DNA of 64,000 nucleotides from an uncultured Verrucomicrobiae bacterium (lineage in GTDB: Bacteria > Chlamydiota > Chlamydiia > Chlamydiales > Rhabdochlamydiaceae), in assembly GCA_963731265.1 (NCBI GenBank), contig CAVSUE010000002.1, positions 224,001 to 288,000 on the forward strand, in the 5' to 3' direction. The notes under the pieces were generated by a model. The model did not search any database. It was not told the origin of the DNA and was given only the letters and a program-made list of their open reading frames with translations. This document shows, one piece after another, positions 20,405 through 28,587 of the stretch. The translations under genes were made by a program, and so were the position numbers. Position 1 is the stretch's first letter. Every line of letters starts with the position of its first letter.

Positions 20405-22141
20405 TTACGTCTTAATGTGATGTGAGGGTTCAACAACAAATTGGCAATCGGGATCTATTCCACGAAAAATGAGCTGTTTGTCTCCGTATTCTGACAATAG
20501 ATAACCCGCAAAACCGGCATACTGCGCTTCATCAGAGATGGTTTTTTTAAGATCAGATCTTTTTTTGCCTGTTAAAGCATATCCCACAATTTTATTTTCC
20601 TGATCAACAATGCGGATAAGGGGGGGTACCTTTTGTGCTTCAAGTTCGTAAATCCAGCCTTTGACTCTTACAAAGGAAGAATTGCCTTCGATCGATTCTA
20701 TTTCGTCCAATAAGCCTAGAGCTCTTTTTTCCGAAAAAGAAGGGGATATTTGACCAATCGATTGCCCTACTTCTTTAAATGGGGAAGAGCCAAAAATGCC
20801 AAGGCTATTTTGAATGGCAAATTTGGAAAGGCTTAAAGCCCTATCTACTCCTCCATAGACACAAGGAATCTGCTTTTGATCTTTGATTTGCATTTGGAGG
20901 GCGAGGGCAGAAAGTTTTTGTTCAAAAACACTTCCGGCGGCTGAAATTAACGCGCGTTCTTGCCATGGCAAGAGCATCCATAGTGTTAAAACCAGGATCG
21001 GCGCTACTTTATATTCGGACCGTAGATTTAATGTGTAAAGAATGAATAAAGCCGACCATGCCATTAATGCAGGGGTCATGTATCGGGAAGTAACAGAAGA
21101 AGAAATTCCGAGCCTGCCTCCTGCAGTAGCAATAACGGTTAGAAGAATATAGAAAATAAACGCCAGCAAAATCCATTGCAATGAAGAAGAGTTTTTGTTT
21201 TTAAAGTTCTTGTACATCCAATAAATGGAGCTTCCTAAGATGAATACTCCAGCAAATTCTCCAACTGGCTGGCTTCCACCTGTTAAATAATAGAAAGGTC
21301 CGCCTAAATAGAGAAAGAAATATTCCAGAAATTCTAGAGGATGATGAAAAATACTATCCAACGGTGAAGCGTGGTAGCCAATCGACCTATAGTCGTAAAA
21401 ATATAAAAAGAGAACCACGCAGGATAGGACAGATAAGCAAATGGTTTTCTTTTTATTTAATTTTAAAACTACGCTCAAGACGATCATAAGCGGCAAAGTT
21501 AATACCCCGTTGACCATTGTCCCTGCAGAACATGTACCGACAATGCAGGAAATTAGAAAAAATTTAATGTCCTTTTCATTTAGAGAGGATTGGTATAGAT
21601 TATAAAAGGCGATCAGGGGGAGGAGAAACACAAGAAAAAATTGGCTTTGAAACCCCCAAATGAGATTCTCCATTTGGATCCACGAAAATGAAAAAGCTAA
21701 AATGAAAAATGAATAGCAAATGAGCAATTGATTTTTTTTTCCTTTAAACCCTGCTTTTAATATCAGAAAGAAAATACCTGCAATGCATGTAGCTAGAATG
21801 TAGTTGATAAATATTAAAATAACACCTGATCCTTTAAATGCCGTAAGGTCCAGCCAAAACAGCAATCTACTTAAAAGAATGCGATGTTCATTATGTTGTG
21901 CCCACCAAACGGATAAGCCCCCATCTTGCACTTGTCTGTAAAATTCTATGTATCCGTCCCACATATCCCCTAGAGGGACAGAAACATAGTTTTCCATTCC
22001 TCCTCTTATAGCCATGTAAATGAAAGTAATCGCAAGAATAAAGAGAAGAATGCTCGAAAAAGTCAGATCGAGTTGAAGTTTTTTCAGGATGGACCTGTTT
22101 TTTCGATTTTGTAAAGCTTTAAGAGATATGTGGAATGCCAA
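20405..22141 (-). CDS. Polytopic membrane protein, probable GT-C glycosyltransferase
   Basis: VPLGDMWD in first loop, WWAQHNEHR, ENLIWGFQ, ~12 TM and a C-terminal soluble domain; start uncertain. Confidence 0.6.
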   Translation of the reverse strand: MAFHISLKALQNRKNRSILKKLQLDLTFSSILLFILAITFIYMAIRGGMENYVSVPLGDMWDGYIEFYRQVQDGGLSVWWAQHNEHRILLSRLLFWLDLTAFKGSGVILIFINYILATCIAGIFFLILKAGFKGKKNQLLICYSFFILAFSFSWIQMENLIWGFQSQFFLVFLLPLIAFYNLYQSSLNEKDIKFFLISCIVGTCSAGTMVNGVLTLPLMIVLSVVLKLNKKKTICLSVLSCVVLFLYFYDYRSIGYHASPLDSIFHHPLEFLEYFFLYLGGPFYYLTGGSQPVGEFAGVFILGSSIYWMYKNFKNKNSSSLQWILLAFIFYILLTVIATAGGRLGISSSVTSRYMTPALMAWSALFILYTLNLRSEYKVAPILVLTLWMLLPWQERALISAAGSVFEQKLSALALQMQIKDQKQIPCVYGGVDRALSLSKFAIQNSLGIFGSSPFKEVGQSIGQISPSFSEKRALGLLDEIESIEGNSSFVRVKGWIYELEAQKVPPLIRIVDQENKIVGYALTGKKRSDLKKTISDEAQYAGFAGYLLSEYGDKQLIFRGIDPDCQFVVEPSHHIKT

Positions 22142-23982
22142 AACTTAGAATCTCCTTTTAGTTTAATGAAATACACAATTTTTTTGTTTTTTTCTTGTGC
22201 AAAGAGAAAAAAGTCATCCGTATTCTCGATCAAAGGAGAGAGGAGAAACTTTGTCTTCCCCATAGTAGAAATAAATCGAAAATATTTTTTCGTTCCATCG
22301 GGTAATATTACGCTGATCGAAAGTTCTGAAGGTCTAAAAAAAAATGAAGCAATCTTTCCCAAGAAGGTTTGTTCGATATGTATTTCTGCGTATAGATCAC
22401 CTTCTGTCTCAGGTAATTCGACCTCCTTGTTTAAAGTGTTCTTTTTATGATAAATTTTATGTTCAACATGATTTTGATTGTTGGTTTTTTTCTTTCTAAA
22501 ATTAATGTATTCATTCTCGAATGAACGAATATCATAATTTTGGAGTATGGTTGGCCAACTTAGCCCTTCTTCTAGCGCTTGTAATCGAGTGTCGAGGGCT
22601 TCAATTCGGAACAATATATTATCGGGAGCGTTTTTACTTCGTAAGAACATTTCGTTTATTTTGATGAGTTCAGGGGAATAAGCGGTGAAGCTTTGAAAAA
22701 CAGGGCGGAACGAAAATGTATTTTCTGAAGAGAGAAGATAGGATTGTTGGAAAGAATAAATGTCAGTAGATCCATTTAATTTTGGAATGGGGAAGCATTT
22801 GTGAATGTTGCTTAATCTATTTTCGAATTTCTTCTTCAATTTGTTTCGGGAGGAGGTGCGAATTTTCACTCCTTCGTAAAGGTTTGAATAAGTATTAAAT
22901 ATATTGTTGATTATCGTTGTTGTTTGAGTTTTAAAATGGACATTGTCTATCCGGCCCCAAGTTACGATCGAGAAAAAAATTGCGATGGTTAACATCGATT
23001 TATTAAGGTCTAAAGTCATCAACAGGATTGTAGCCATGATGAGGAAAGGGATTGCTCCAGAGGTATGGCCACCATCATGGCGGACAAATCCTGTTTTGAA
23101 TGCAACGAATAGAAAACAAAAAATAAAAAAAGTGAGAGAAAGTTTATTAAGGATTCGGTTGTTTTTTGCTGAGATTGCGCAGCACAAAATCAAAAGTGAA
23201 GCAATGAGGTACAATAAAATTTCATAAGGATCTCCCTTCATGGCCATCGCTTCTGCATAATTCAAGGCGATGCGTGACATATTCAAAAAATAAGAAAATA
23301 GCGCAAAAAACGGCTGTCCTGAAAGGATCCAAAAAAAACAGCAGGATAGAAGGGTGGCAAAAGGCGCAGCATAGGCCAGGGCTTTTTGTTTGACTTGCCA
23401 CAACAGAATGAAAGCGAATAGGACGGTGACAGCGCAAAGAGGAAGAAAGGAGCTTTTAATGAGCAATAACAGACCAAGGGGAGCGAAAAATAAGGGCAGG
23501 ATTTTGTGCAGCGTGCCTTTAAGATTTATTTTATCCGGATGGTCCTTAGGCAAGGTGAAGCGATAAACGCACAATCCCAGGATGAAGGGATACGAACTGA
23601 AAAGCGGATCGGGAAGAAAAAGAAATCCTGCAATAAAAAAAGCATAGATCAAGGGCAATTTCATTTTTGTTTTTTTGAAAAACAAAAAAAGCAGCGAAGC
23701 ATAGCAAATACTTAAGAATAAACTACCGCCTATCATTAGCTTGTCCACACCCGGATGGTAGGTTTTACTGTAGATCGATGCATAGGGGCCGAAGCTAAAG
23801 ATAATATCCTTTCCAAATACCCAGTTTCGCGATACGGCTTCGTTTAATGTGAATGCCCAGGAGGGATCAAGTCCTGTCATAGGCATTTTGGGCTTGAGCG
23901 GAACAAAAACGGCGATAGAAGTTAAGAAAAGGAATGCTCCAATCAGAAATCTTTGGACATTTTGAAAAGAAATGGCGTTCAT
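22084..23982 (-). CDS. Polytopic membrane protein, probable GT-C glycosyltransferase
   Basis: GLDPSW...FGKDIIFSFGPY, FKTGFVRHDGGH, many TM then a soluble domain; AT-rich; start MNAISF at 23982. Confidence 0.6.
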   Translation of the reverse strand: MNAISFQNVQRFLIGAFLFLTSIAVFVPLKPKMPMTGLDPSWAFTLNEAVSRNWVFGKDIIFSFGPYASIYSKTYHPGVDKLMIGGSLFLSICYASLLFLFFKKTKMKLPLIYAFFIAGFLFLPDPLFSSYPFILGLCVYRFTLPKDHPDKINLKGTLHKILPLFFAPLGLLLLIKSSFLPLCAVTVLFAFILLWQVKQKALAYAAPFATLLSCCFFWILSGQPFFALFSYFLNMSRIALNYAEAMAMKGDPYEILLYLIASLLILCCAISAKNNRILNKLSLTFFIFCFLFVAFKTGFVRHDGGHTSGAIPFLIMATILLMTLDLNKSMLTIAIFFSIVTWGRIDNVHFKTQTTTIINNIFNTYSNLYEGVKIRTSSRNKLKKKFENRLSNIHKCFPIPKLNGSTDIYSFQQSYLLSSENTFSFRPVFQSFTAYSPELIKINEMFLRSKNAPDNILFRIEALDTRLQALEEGLSWPTILQNYDIRSFENEYINFRKKKTNNQNHVEHKIYHKKNTLNKEVELPETEGDLYAEIHIEQTFLGKIASFFFRPSELSISVILPDGTKKYFRFISTMGKTKFLLSPLIENTDDFFLFAQEKNKKIVYFIKLKGDSKFWHSTYLLKLYKIEKTGPS

Positions 23983-24176
23983 GAACCTATCCCAGAATTC
24001 GAAAATTTTTTCACAGATTTTAATGCCGCTTTGCAGCATTTAGCTGCAATCTTCCAGTGGATGATTGCAGGTCGCGTCAGAGCCATAAAGCTCCTGAGGG
24101 GACTGTATTCCGAAGAAGCAGCATTAAAAGGGGAGGAAAAAGACTCAAAAAGCATGCTTTTCCAATTCTGGGGTTC
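23983..24176. mobile_element. Palindromic element (GAACCTATCCC family), 194 bp, flanked by AT on both sides
   Basis: Left GAACCTATCCCAGAATTCGAAAA vs right TTTTCCAATTCTGGGGTTC; internal TTTTAATGCCGCTT / AAGCAGCATTAAAA. Confidence 0.8.
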
Positions 24177-24924
24177 ATACCTTGAGCTTTTTAAAGACGG
24201 AGTTCGGAATACTTTTTACAATAAAAATCAAACCGGCCCAGAAGCAGGGGGTGTAAAGCGTATTTTTTTTACGCTTAATGGCTTGCACGATGTCCTTGGC
24301 GACTTTTTCCGGTGTGGCGACCAGCATTTTCGGTAAGGGAAGGCCTTGGGTCATTGGGGTATCGACAAAACCGGGTTTGATTGTCAGGACATGTACGTTG
24401 GAATGGAATAATCTTGCTCGAAGACCTTCGCAGAAGGTGGAAACGGCGGCTTTTGCTGTTCCGTAAAGGTAGTTGGAATAGCGGCCGCGCTCTCCTGCGA
24501 CAGAGGAAATGACTGCGATTGTGCCTGAGCGCTGCTTTTCCATTCTGTTGGCCAGTAGGGTGAGCAAGGAAATCACACTCAGCCCATTGCTTGAAAATTC
24601 CGTTAAGGCCAAATCGACATTTTCTTCACATTTTTTCTGATTCGGTAATGAACCGTGAGCGATGAGGGCGATATCGATCTGCTTTAAGAAGCCGTAACAG
24701 GCATCGAACATCCTGGAATGTTCGGAAAGTTGATTCAGATCGAGAGGGTGAATTTTTGTTTGGGCTGAACTTCTTGAGGATAGGTCATTGGCGATCTGTT
24801 TGAGTTTTTCTGGATTGCGGCCGACGAGAAAAAACTGGGCATTTTGATTTGCCCAATGGCGTGCGCAGGCCATGGCGATGGCGGAAGTGGCGCCGATAAT
24901 GAGGATCTTGGGGCTATTTTTCAT
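24175..24924 (-). CDS. SDR oxidoreductase, DprE2-like
   Basis: ILIIGATSAIA, SSVAGERGR, YGTAK, KPGFVDTPMT; coupled to the DprE1-like gene. Confidence 0.85.
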   Translation of the reverse strand: MKNSPKILIIGATSAIAMACARHWANQNAQFFLVGRNPEKLKQIANDLSSRSSAQTKIHPLDLNQLSEHSRMFDACYGFLKQIDIALIAHGSLPNQKKCEENVDLALTEFSSNGLSVISLLTLLANRMEKQRSGTIAVISSVAGERGRYSNYLYGTAKAAVSTFCEGLRARLFHSNVHVLTIKPGFVDTPMTQGLPLPKMLVATPEKVAKDIVQAIKRKKNTLYTPCFWAGLIFIVKSIPNSVFKKLKV

Positions 24925-26230
24925 GAGTGACTCGTTTCCAAAAGTGAGAGCATAGAACGGGATCTCGTAAAGTTTCAACTTGTTTCCACATGGGGAAAAA
25001 TTCTTGAAAATCTTCAGCTGACATATGGGCATCTTTAGCTGGGTACAACCTTCCTTTGGCCTCGCGGACAATTGCGTCCAGACGAGGGAACAAATTGCGA
25101 TTTAACTTTTCAGACTGAGGAAAATCTAGTGCGAGGGTAATTCCAGGAAAGGGGAAGGAAAGCAGTCCTGGGGAAGGAACGTCTCCAAAGCGTTTCAAAA
25201 CGGCGAGAAACGATCCGCTTTTTGCGGATGCGATGACATCGAGCATCTCGCCTATGGCAGATTCAGCGAAGGAATGAGGGATCACGCATTGGTATTGCTG
25301 AAAACCGCGGGGTCCGTAAATACGGTTCCAATACAGAATGCGGTCCAGAGGAAAGAAAAAAGGTTCGTAGCTGATCGTCGTTTGTTGATGGGAGGATTTG
25401 TGCGCGTAATAGTAGATGGTATTGAACAGTCGCAGTGTCATGCTGTTGATTGTGGAGAGAGGGGGTGTGAACGGCACGCGGATTTTTTTAGCGTCGTCTG
25501 TGTTCAAAGATCCATTTTTTGCATGGTTCCCTGCAATATAAACCCCGCGGCCGGAGGATTTTCCTCTTGCGAGGCAATCGATCCATGACACTGTATATTC
25601 ATATTGATGATCGAGTTGCGAAGAGAGGGAAAAAAATTCATTTAGGGAGTTAAAACGGACGTGCAGGGAGTCGATGAGGGAGGATTGGATGGGGATGAGC
25701 TGTAATTCCAGCCAATCAATGATGCCTGTTAGTCCAAGGCCGCCGATGGTGGCGGCAAAGAGATCGTTGTTTTCTTGGCGAGAGCAGATCAGATGAGGTC
25801 GATCAGAGCGCATGAGCCCGAATTTGGGGACGTGGAGTCCAAATGTCCCTCGCCGATGATGATTTTTTCCGTGGATGTCATTGGCGAGCGCTCCGCCTAG
25901 TGTGACGAATTTTGTTCCGGGGACAACGGGAAGAAACCAGCCCCGGGGAATGGATATCGCGAGCAGTTCTTCCAAAGTCATTCCTGCTTCAGCGGTGATG
26001 ACCCCTTTTTTCCAGTCCGCAGCAATAAAACGGTTCAGGGAACGTGTAGGAAGGACTTGGTCGCTCGTGGCTAAACAGCTGTCGCCATAGCTGCGCCCAT
26101 TGCCAAAAGGGAGAGTTGTCCTCTGGTTTTTCTTAAAATCGGACAATAAATTTTGCATTTCGGAACGCCAAAAACAGGAGTGAGGCGTTTGGGGAAAAGA
26201 AGGATAAAGACCCCACGACAGGATTTTCAT
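24914..26230 (-). CDS. FAD-binding oxidoreductase, DprE1-like
   Basis: GNGRSYGD, VPGTKFVTLGGALANDIHGKNHH, YGPRGFQQYQ, GRLYPAKD. Confidence 0.9.
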   Translation of the reverse strand: MKILSWGLYPSFPQTPHSCFWRSEMQNLLSDFKKNQRTTLPFGNGRSYGDSCLATSDQVLPTRSLNRFIAADWKKGVITAEAGMTLEELLAISIPRGWFLPVVPGTKFVTLGGALANDIHGKNHHRRGTFGLHVPKFGLMRSDRPHLICSRQENNDLFAATIGGLGLTGIIDWLELQLIPIQSSLIDSLHVRFNSLNEFFSLSSQLDHQYEYTVSWIDCLARGKSSGRGVYIAGNHAKNGSLNTDDAKKIRVPFTPPLSTINSMTLRLFNTIYYYAHKSSHQQTTISYEPFFFPLDRILYWNRIYGPRGFQQYQCVIPHSFAESAIGEMLDVIASAKSGSFLAVLKRFGDVPSPGLLSFPFPGITLALDFPQSEKLNRNLFPRLDAIVREAKGRLYPAKDAHMSAEDFQEFFPMWKQVETLRDPVLCSHFWKRVTHEK

Positions 26231-27654
26231 GCTGCTAACCAAAATATGGCGCCAAATAGGAATGCAACGAGGAGGCTAATGCGGTCTTTCATGGCAAAAA
26301 CGATGGGGTCGTCATGCATTTGACCGCGATGGGTGAGAAGCCAAGTGCGGCTGATCCAGTAAAGAACTAAAGGGCAGGCAAGCCATATCCATTTGGGGTG
26401 CTCATAAAGGCTTGCAATCGATTGATCTTGGATATAGAGAGCCAAAACCATCACAGAAAGGTATCCAGAGGCGGATCCTAAAGAAGCGACGATCTCAAGG
26501 TCGCCAGGGCAATAGCCACGGCCGCGGGTTTTTTCCAATTTGTCGTTATGTTGGGCATCGCGGAGCAGTTCTGCATACCGTTTGACGAAAGCCAGGCTTA
26601 AAAAAATGAACATGGAAAAGGCGAGCATCCAAAAAGTCAAAGTCAATCCGCATGCATATATCCCTGCGATGATGCGGAGCGTATAGAGCATGGCCAGTGC
26701 GATGACATCTGCAGCCATTCTTCGTTTGAAAACGAAAGAATAGAGGAGGGTCAAGGCAAAATAAAAGCCTAGCGCCGCTGAAAATTTCCAAGGCAATTGG
26801 GATGACGCTCCGAAAAAAGCCAAAGAGACAAGAAGAAAAAAAGCGAACAGCCCTGATTGAAGGGAGAGCTGTCCAGAAGCGAAAGGACGAAGGCGTTTGG
26901 TAGGATGATGACGGTCATCGGACAGATCGAGCAAATCGTTCAAAAGATAGACGCTAGATGCGCAAATGCCGAATAAAAAAAATGCTAAAAGGGAGTTCAA
27001 TAGCATGTTGGGGTTTGCAAACTGATGGCTGGCTAGAAGAGGAGCAAAGATGAGGGCATTTTTTAGCCATTGGTGAAGGCGGAGAGCTTTTGTCCAGGTT
27101 CTCCACCGATTTGAATTTGTCAGGAAAGTCCGTTCGATATTCCCATGAGCTTGAGCTTTTTTTTGCACCCCCCGTTCAGGATCAACAAGATACCCTTTCT
27201 TAGCTGCGGACAATACGGGGATATCATCTTGAGAGTTTCCAGCATAATCAAAACCGTGCGGGCCAAATTCGTTGACAAGCCTGTCTCGTTTAGCAGTGGC
27301 GGAGAGATTGATTTTACCCTCGGTTGCCAATACACGATCGAACAAGTTTAAGTGGGAAGCGATCTTTTCGGCATAAATTTTGTGGCTTGCTGTCGCAAGG
27401 ATGATCTCGCGCCCTTTTGATTTTTCTTCCTCGATGAATGCAAGAAGTTGTTCGTTATAGGGAAGATTGGCGACGTCGATGTCGATGGAGTTGGCGAGCT
27501 GTTCTTTAAGGTAAGCTTTGCCGGAAGCTAGCCATTTTAATGGCAGGAAAAAACGGCTAGGGTGAGATCGCAGAAAAGCAATGCCGGACTCTAATAACAA
27601 ATCTGTTTTTAGAAGAGTACCGTCCAAATCGATCACCAGGGGAGGAAGATTCAA
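26227..27654 (-). CDS. HAD domain + UbiA prenyltransferase fusion (polyprenyl-phosphate phosphoribosyltransferase-like)
   Basis: VIDLDGTL (HAD motif I), LRLHQWLKN, NDLLDLSDDRHHPTKRLRPFASG, KRYAE, MHDDP; TTG start. Confidence 0.88.
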   Translation of the reverse strand: MNLPPLVIDLDGTLLKTDLLLESGIAFLRSHPSRFFLPLKWLASGKAYLKEQLANSIDIDVANLPYNEQLLAFIEEEKSKGREIILATASHKIYAEKIASHLNLFDRVLATEGKINLSATAKRDRLVNEFGPHGFDYAGNSQDDIPVLSAAKKGYLVDPERGVQKKAQAHGNIERTFLTNSNRWRTWTKALRLHQWLKNALIFAPLLASHQFANPNMLLNSLLAFFLFGICASSVYLLNDLLDLSDDRHHPTKRLRPFASGQLSLQSGLFAFFLLVSLAFFGASSQLPWKFSAALGFYFALTLLYSFVFKRRMAADVIALAMLYTLRIIAGIYACGLTLTFWMLAFSMFIFLSLAFVKRYAELLRDAQHNDKLEKTRGRGYCPGDLEIVASLGSASGYLSVMVLALYIQDQSIASLYEHPKWIWLACPLVLYWISRTWLLTHRGQMHDDPIVFAMKDRISLLVAFLFGAIFWLAA

Positions 27655-27671
27655 GTGATCACCATACCGAC

Positions 27672-28382
27672 TTAACTTGTTACTCGTTTCAGGATTGTAA
27701 ACCCATGGTTGTTGAAAGATCGGTCGTATAAAGCCCATTCAGGATGGCGGAGTAAAAAATCTTCAACTGCTGGCCAAAGACCTCGTTTTACCCGATTGTA
27801 TTCTGAAGGGTATTCGCTGAAATTTCCCCGATAAGAGTCCTCATCTCTGGTCCCCCAAGGGGCGCTTGTGTCATGCATCGCGATATATTTGCTAATTTTC
27901 GGGGAAAATTTTTCTAACTCATAAGTCAGATGACAATAGGTATGTAAGGTATCGATAAAAAGCAATTCCGCCGGTTCGATATCGATGTTCATGTCATTGG
28001 CTTGACAGAATGTAAATGAGATCCCGTGGTTTTCTGCCAATTTTTTTGCTGAGGTCAATATGTCTAGGGGAGGCACATTGATATCTATGCCAACATACGA
28101 ACAAGAGGGTGACGGATTTTCGGACAATCCTTTGAGAATTCCCCAACTGGACACCATGGTCCTCATTCCCATTTCGACAACAGATGAACATTCTTTAGCA
28201 AGAAAGCGCAAAATAATTACATGCTCATTGATATCGGAAGGCGTTGTGCGGGCATTTTGATAATGCTGGTTTAATTCAATCTGTGATGGAGAAGAATGCG
28301 TGTTTCCAATCGCTGAACTGAAGGTAAAAAGGCAAAAGGCGAGAAAGTAAAGTTTTCTGAATATTCCCTTCTCCAATTTCAT
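27672..28382 (-). CDS. Class I SAM methyltransferase (Methyltransf_24-like) with signal-like N-terminus
   Basis: SDINEH, VVEMG, LLFIDTLHTY, IAMHDT, NNHGFTILKR. Confidence 0.75.
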   Translation of the reverse strand: MKLEKGIFRKLYFLAFCLFTFSSAIGNTHSSPSQIELNQHYQNARTTPSDINEHVIILRFLAKECSSVVEMGMRTMVSSWGILKGLSENPSPSCSYVGIDINVPPLDILTSAKKLAENHGISFTFCQANDMNIDIEPAELLFIDTLHTYCHLTYELEKFSPKISKYIAMHDTSAPWGTRDEDSYRGNFSEYPSEYNRVKRGLWPAVEDFLLRHPEWALYDRSFNNHGFTILKRVTS

Positions 28383-28417
28383 ATCAACTCCTTAAGTGTT
28401 TTTCAATCGTTCCCTAA

Positions 28418-28587
28418 GAGGATGTCTACAAAGTGAGGTTCTGTCGATTTTTCGGTTCTTTTGAGCCGCTTTTCGATTCTTTTTGCGGGGGTTGTATCAA
28501 CTTGCGTATACTACTCCCGCAAAAAGAATCGAAAAGCGGCCAAAATAATCCAAAAACTCGACGAACCCTCACTTTGTAGACATCCTC
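28418..28587. mobile_element. Long palindromic element flanked by TAA direct repeats
   Basis: Perfect 22-bp arms 28417-28438 / 28567-28588 and perfect 25-bp inner arms 28465-28489 / 28516-28540; TAA at 28415-17 and 28588-90. Confidence 0.92.
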
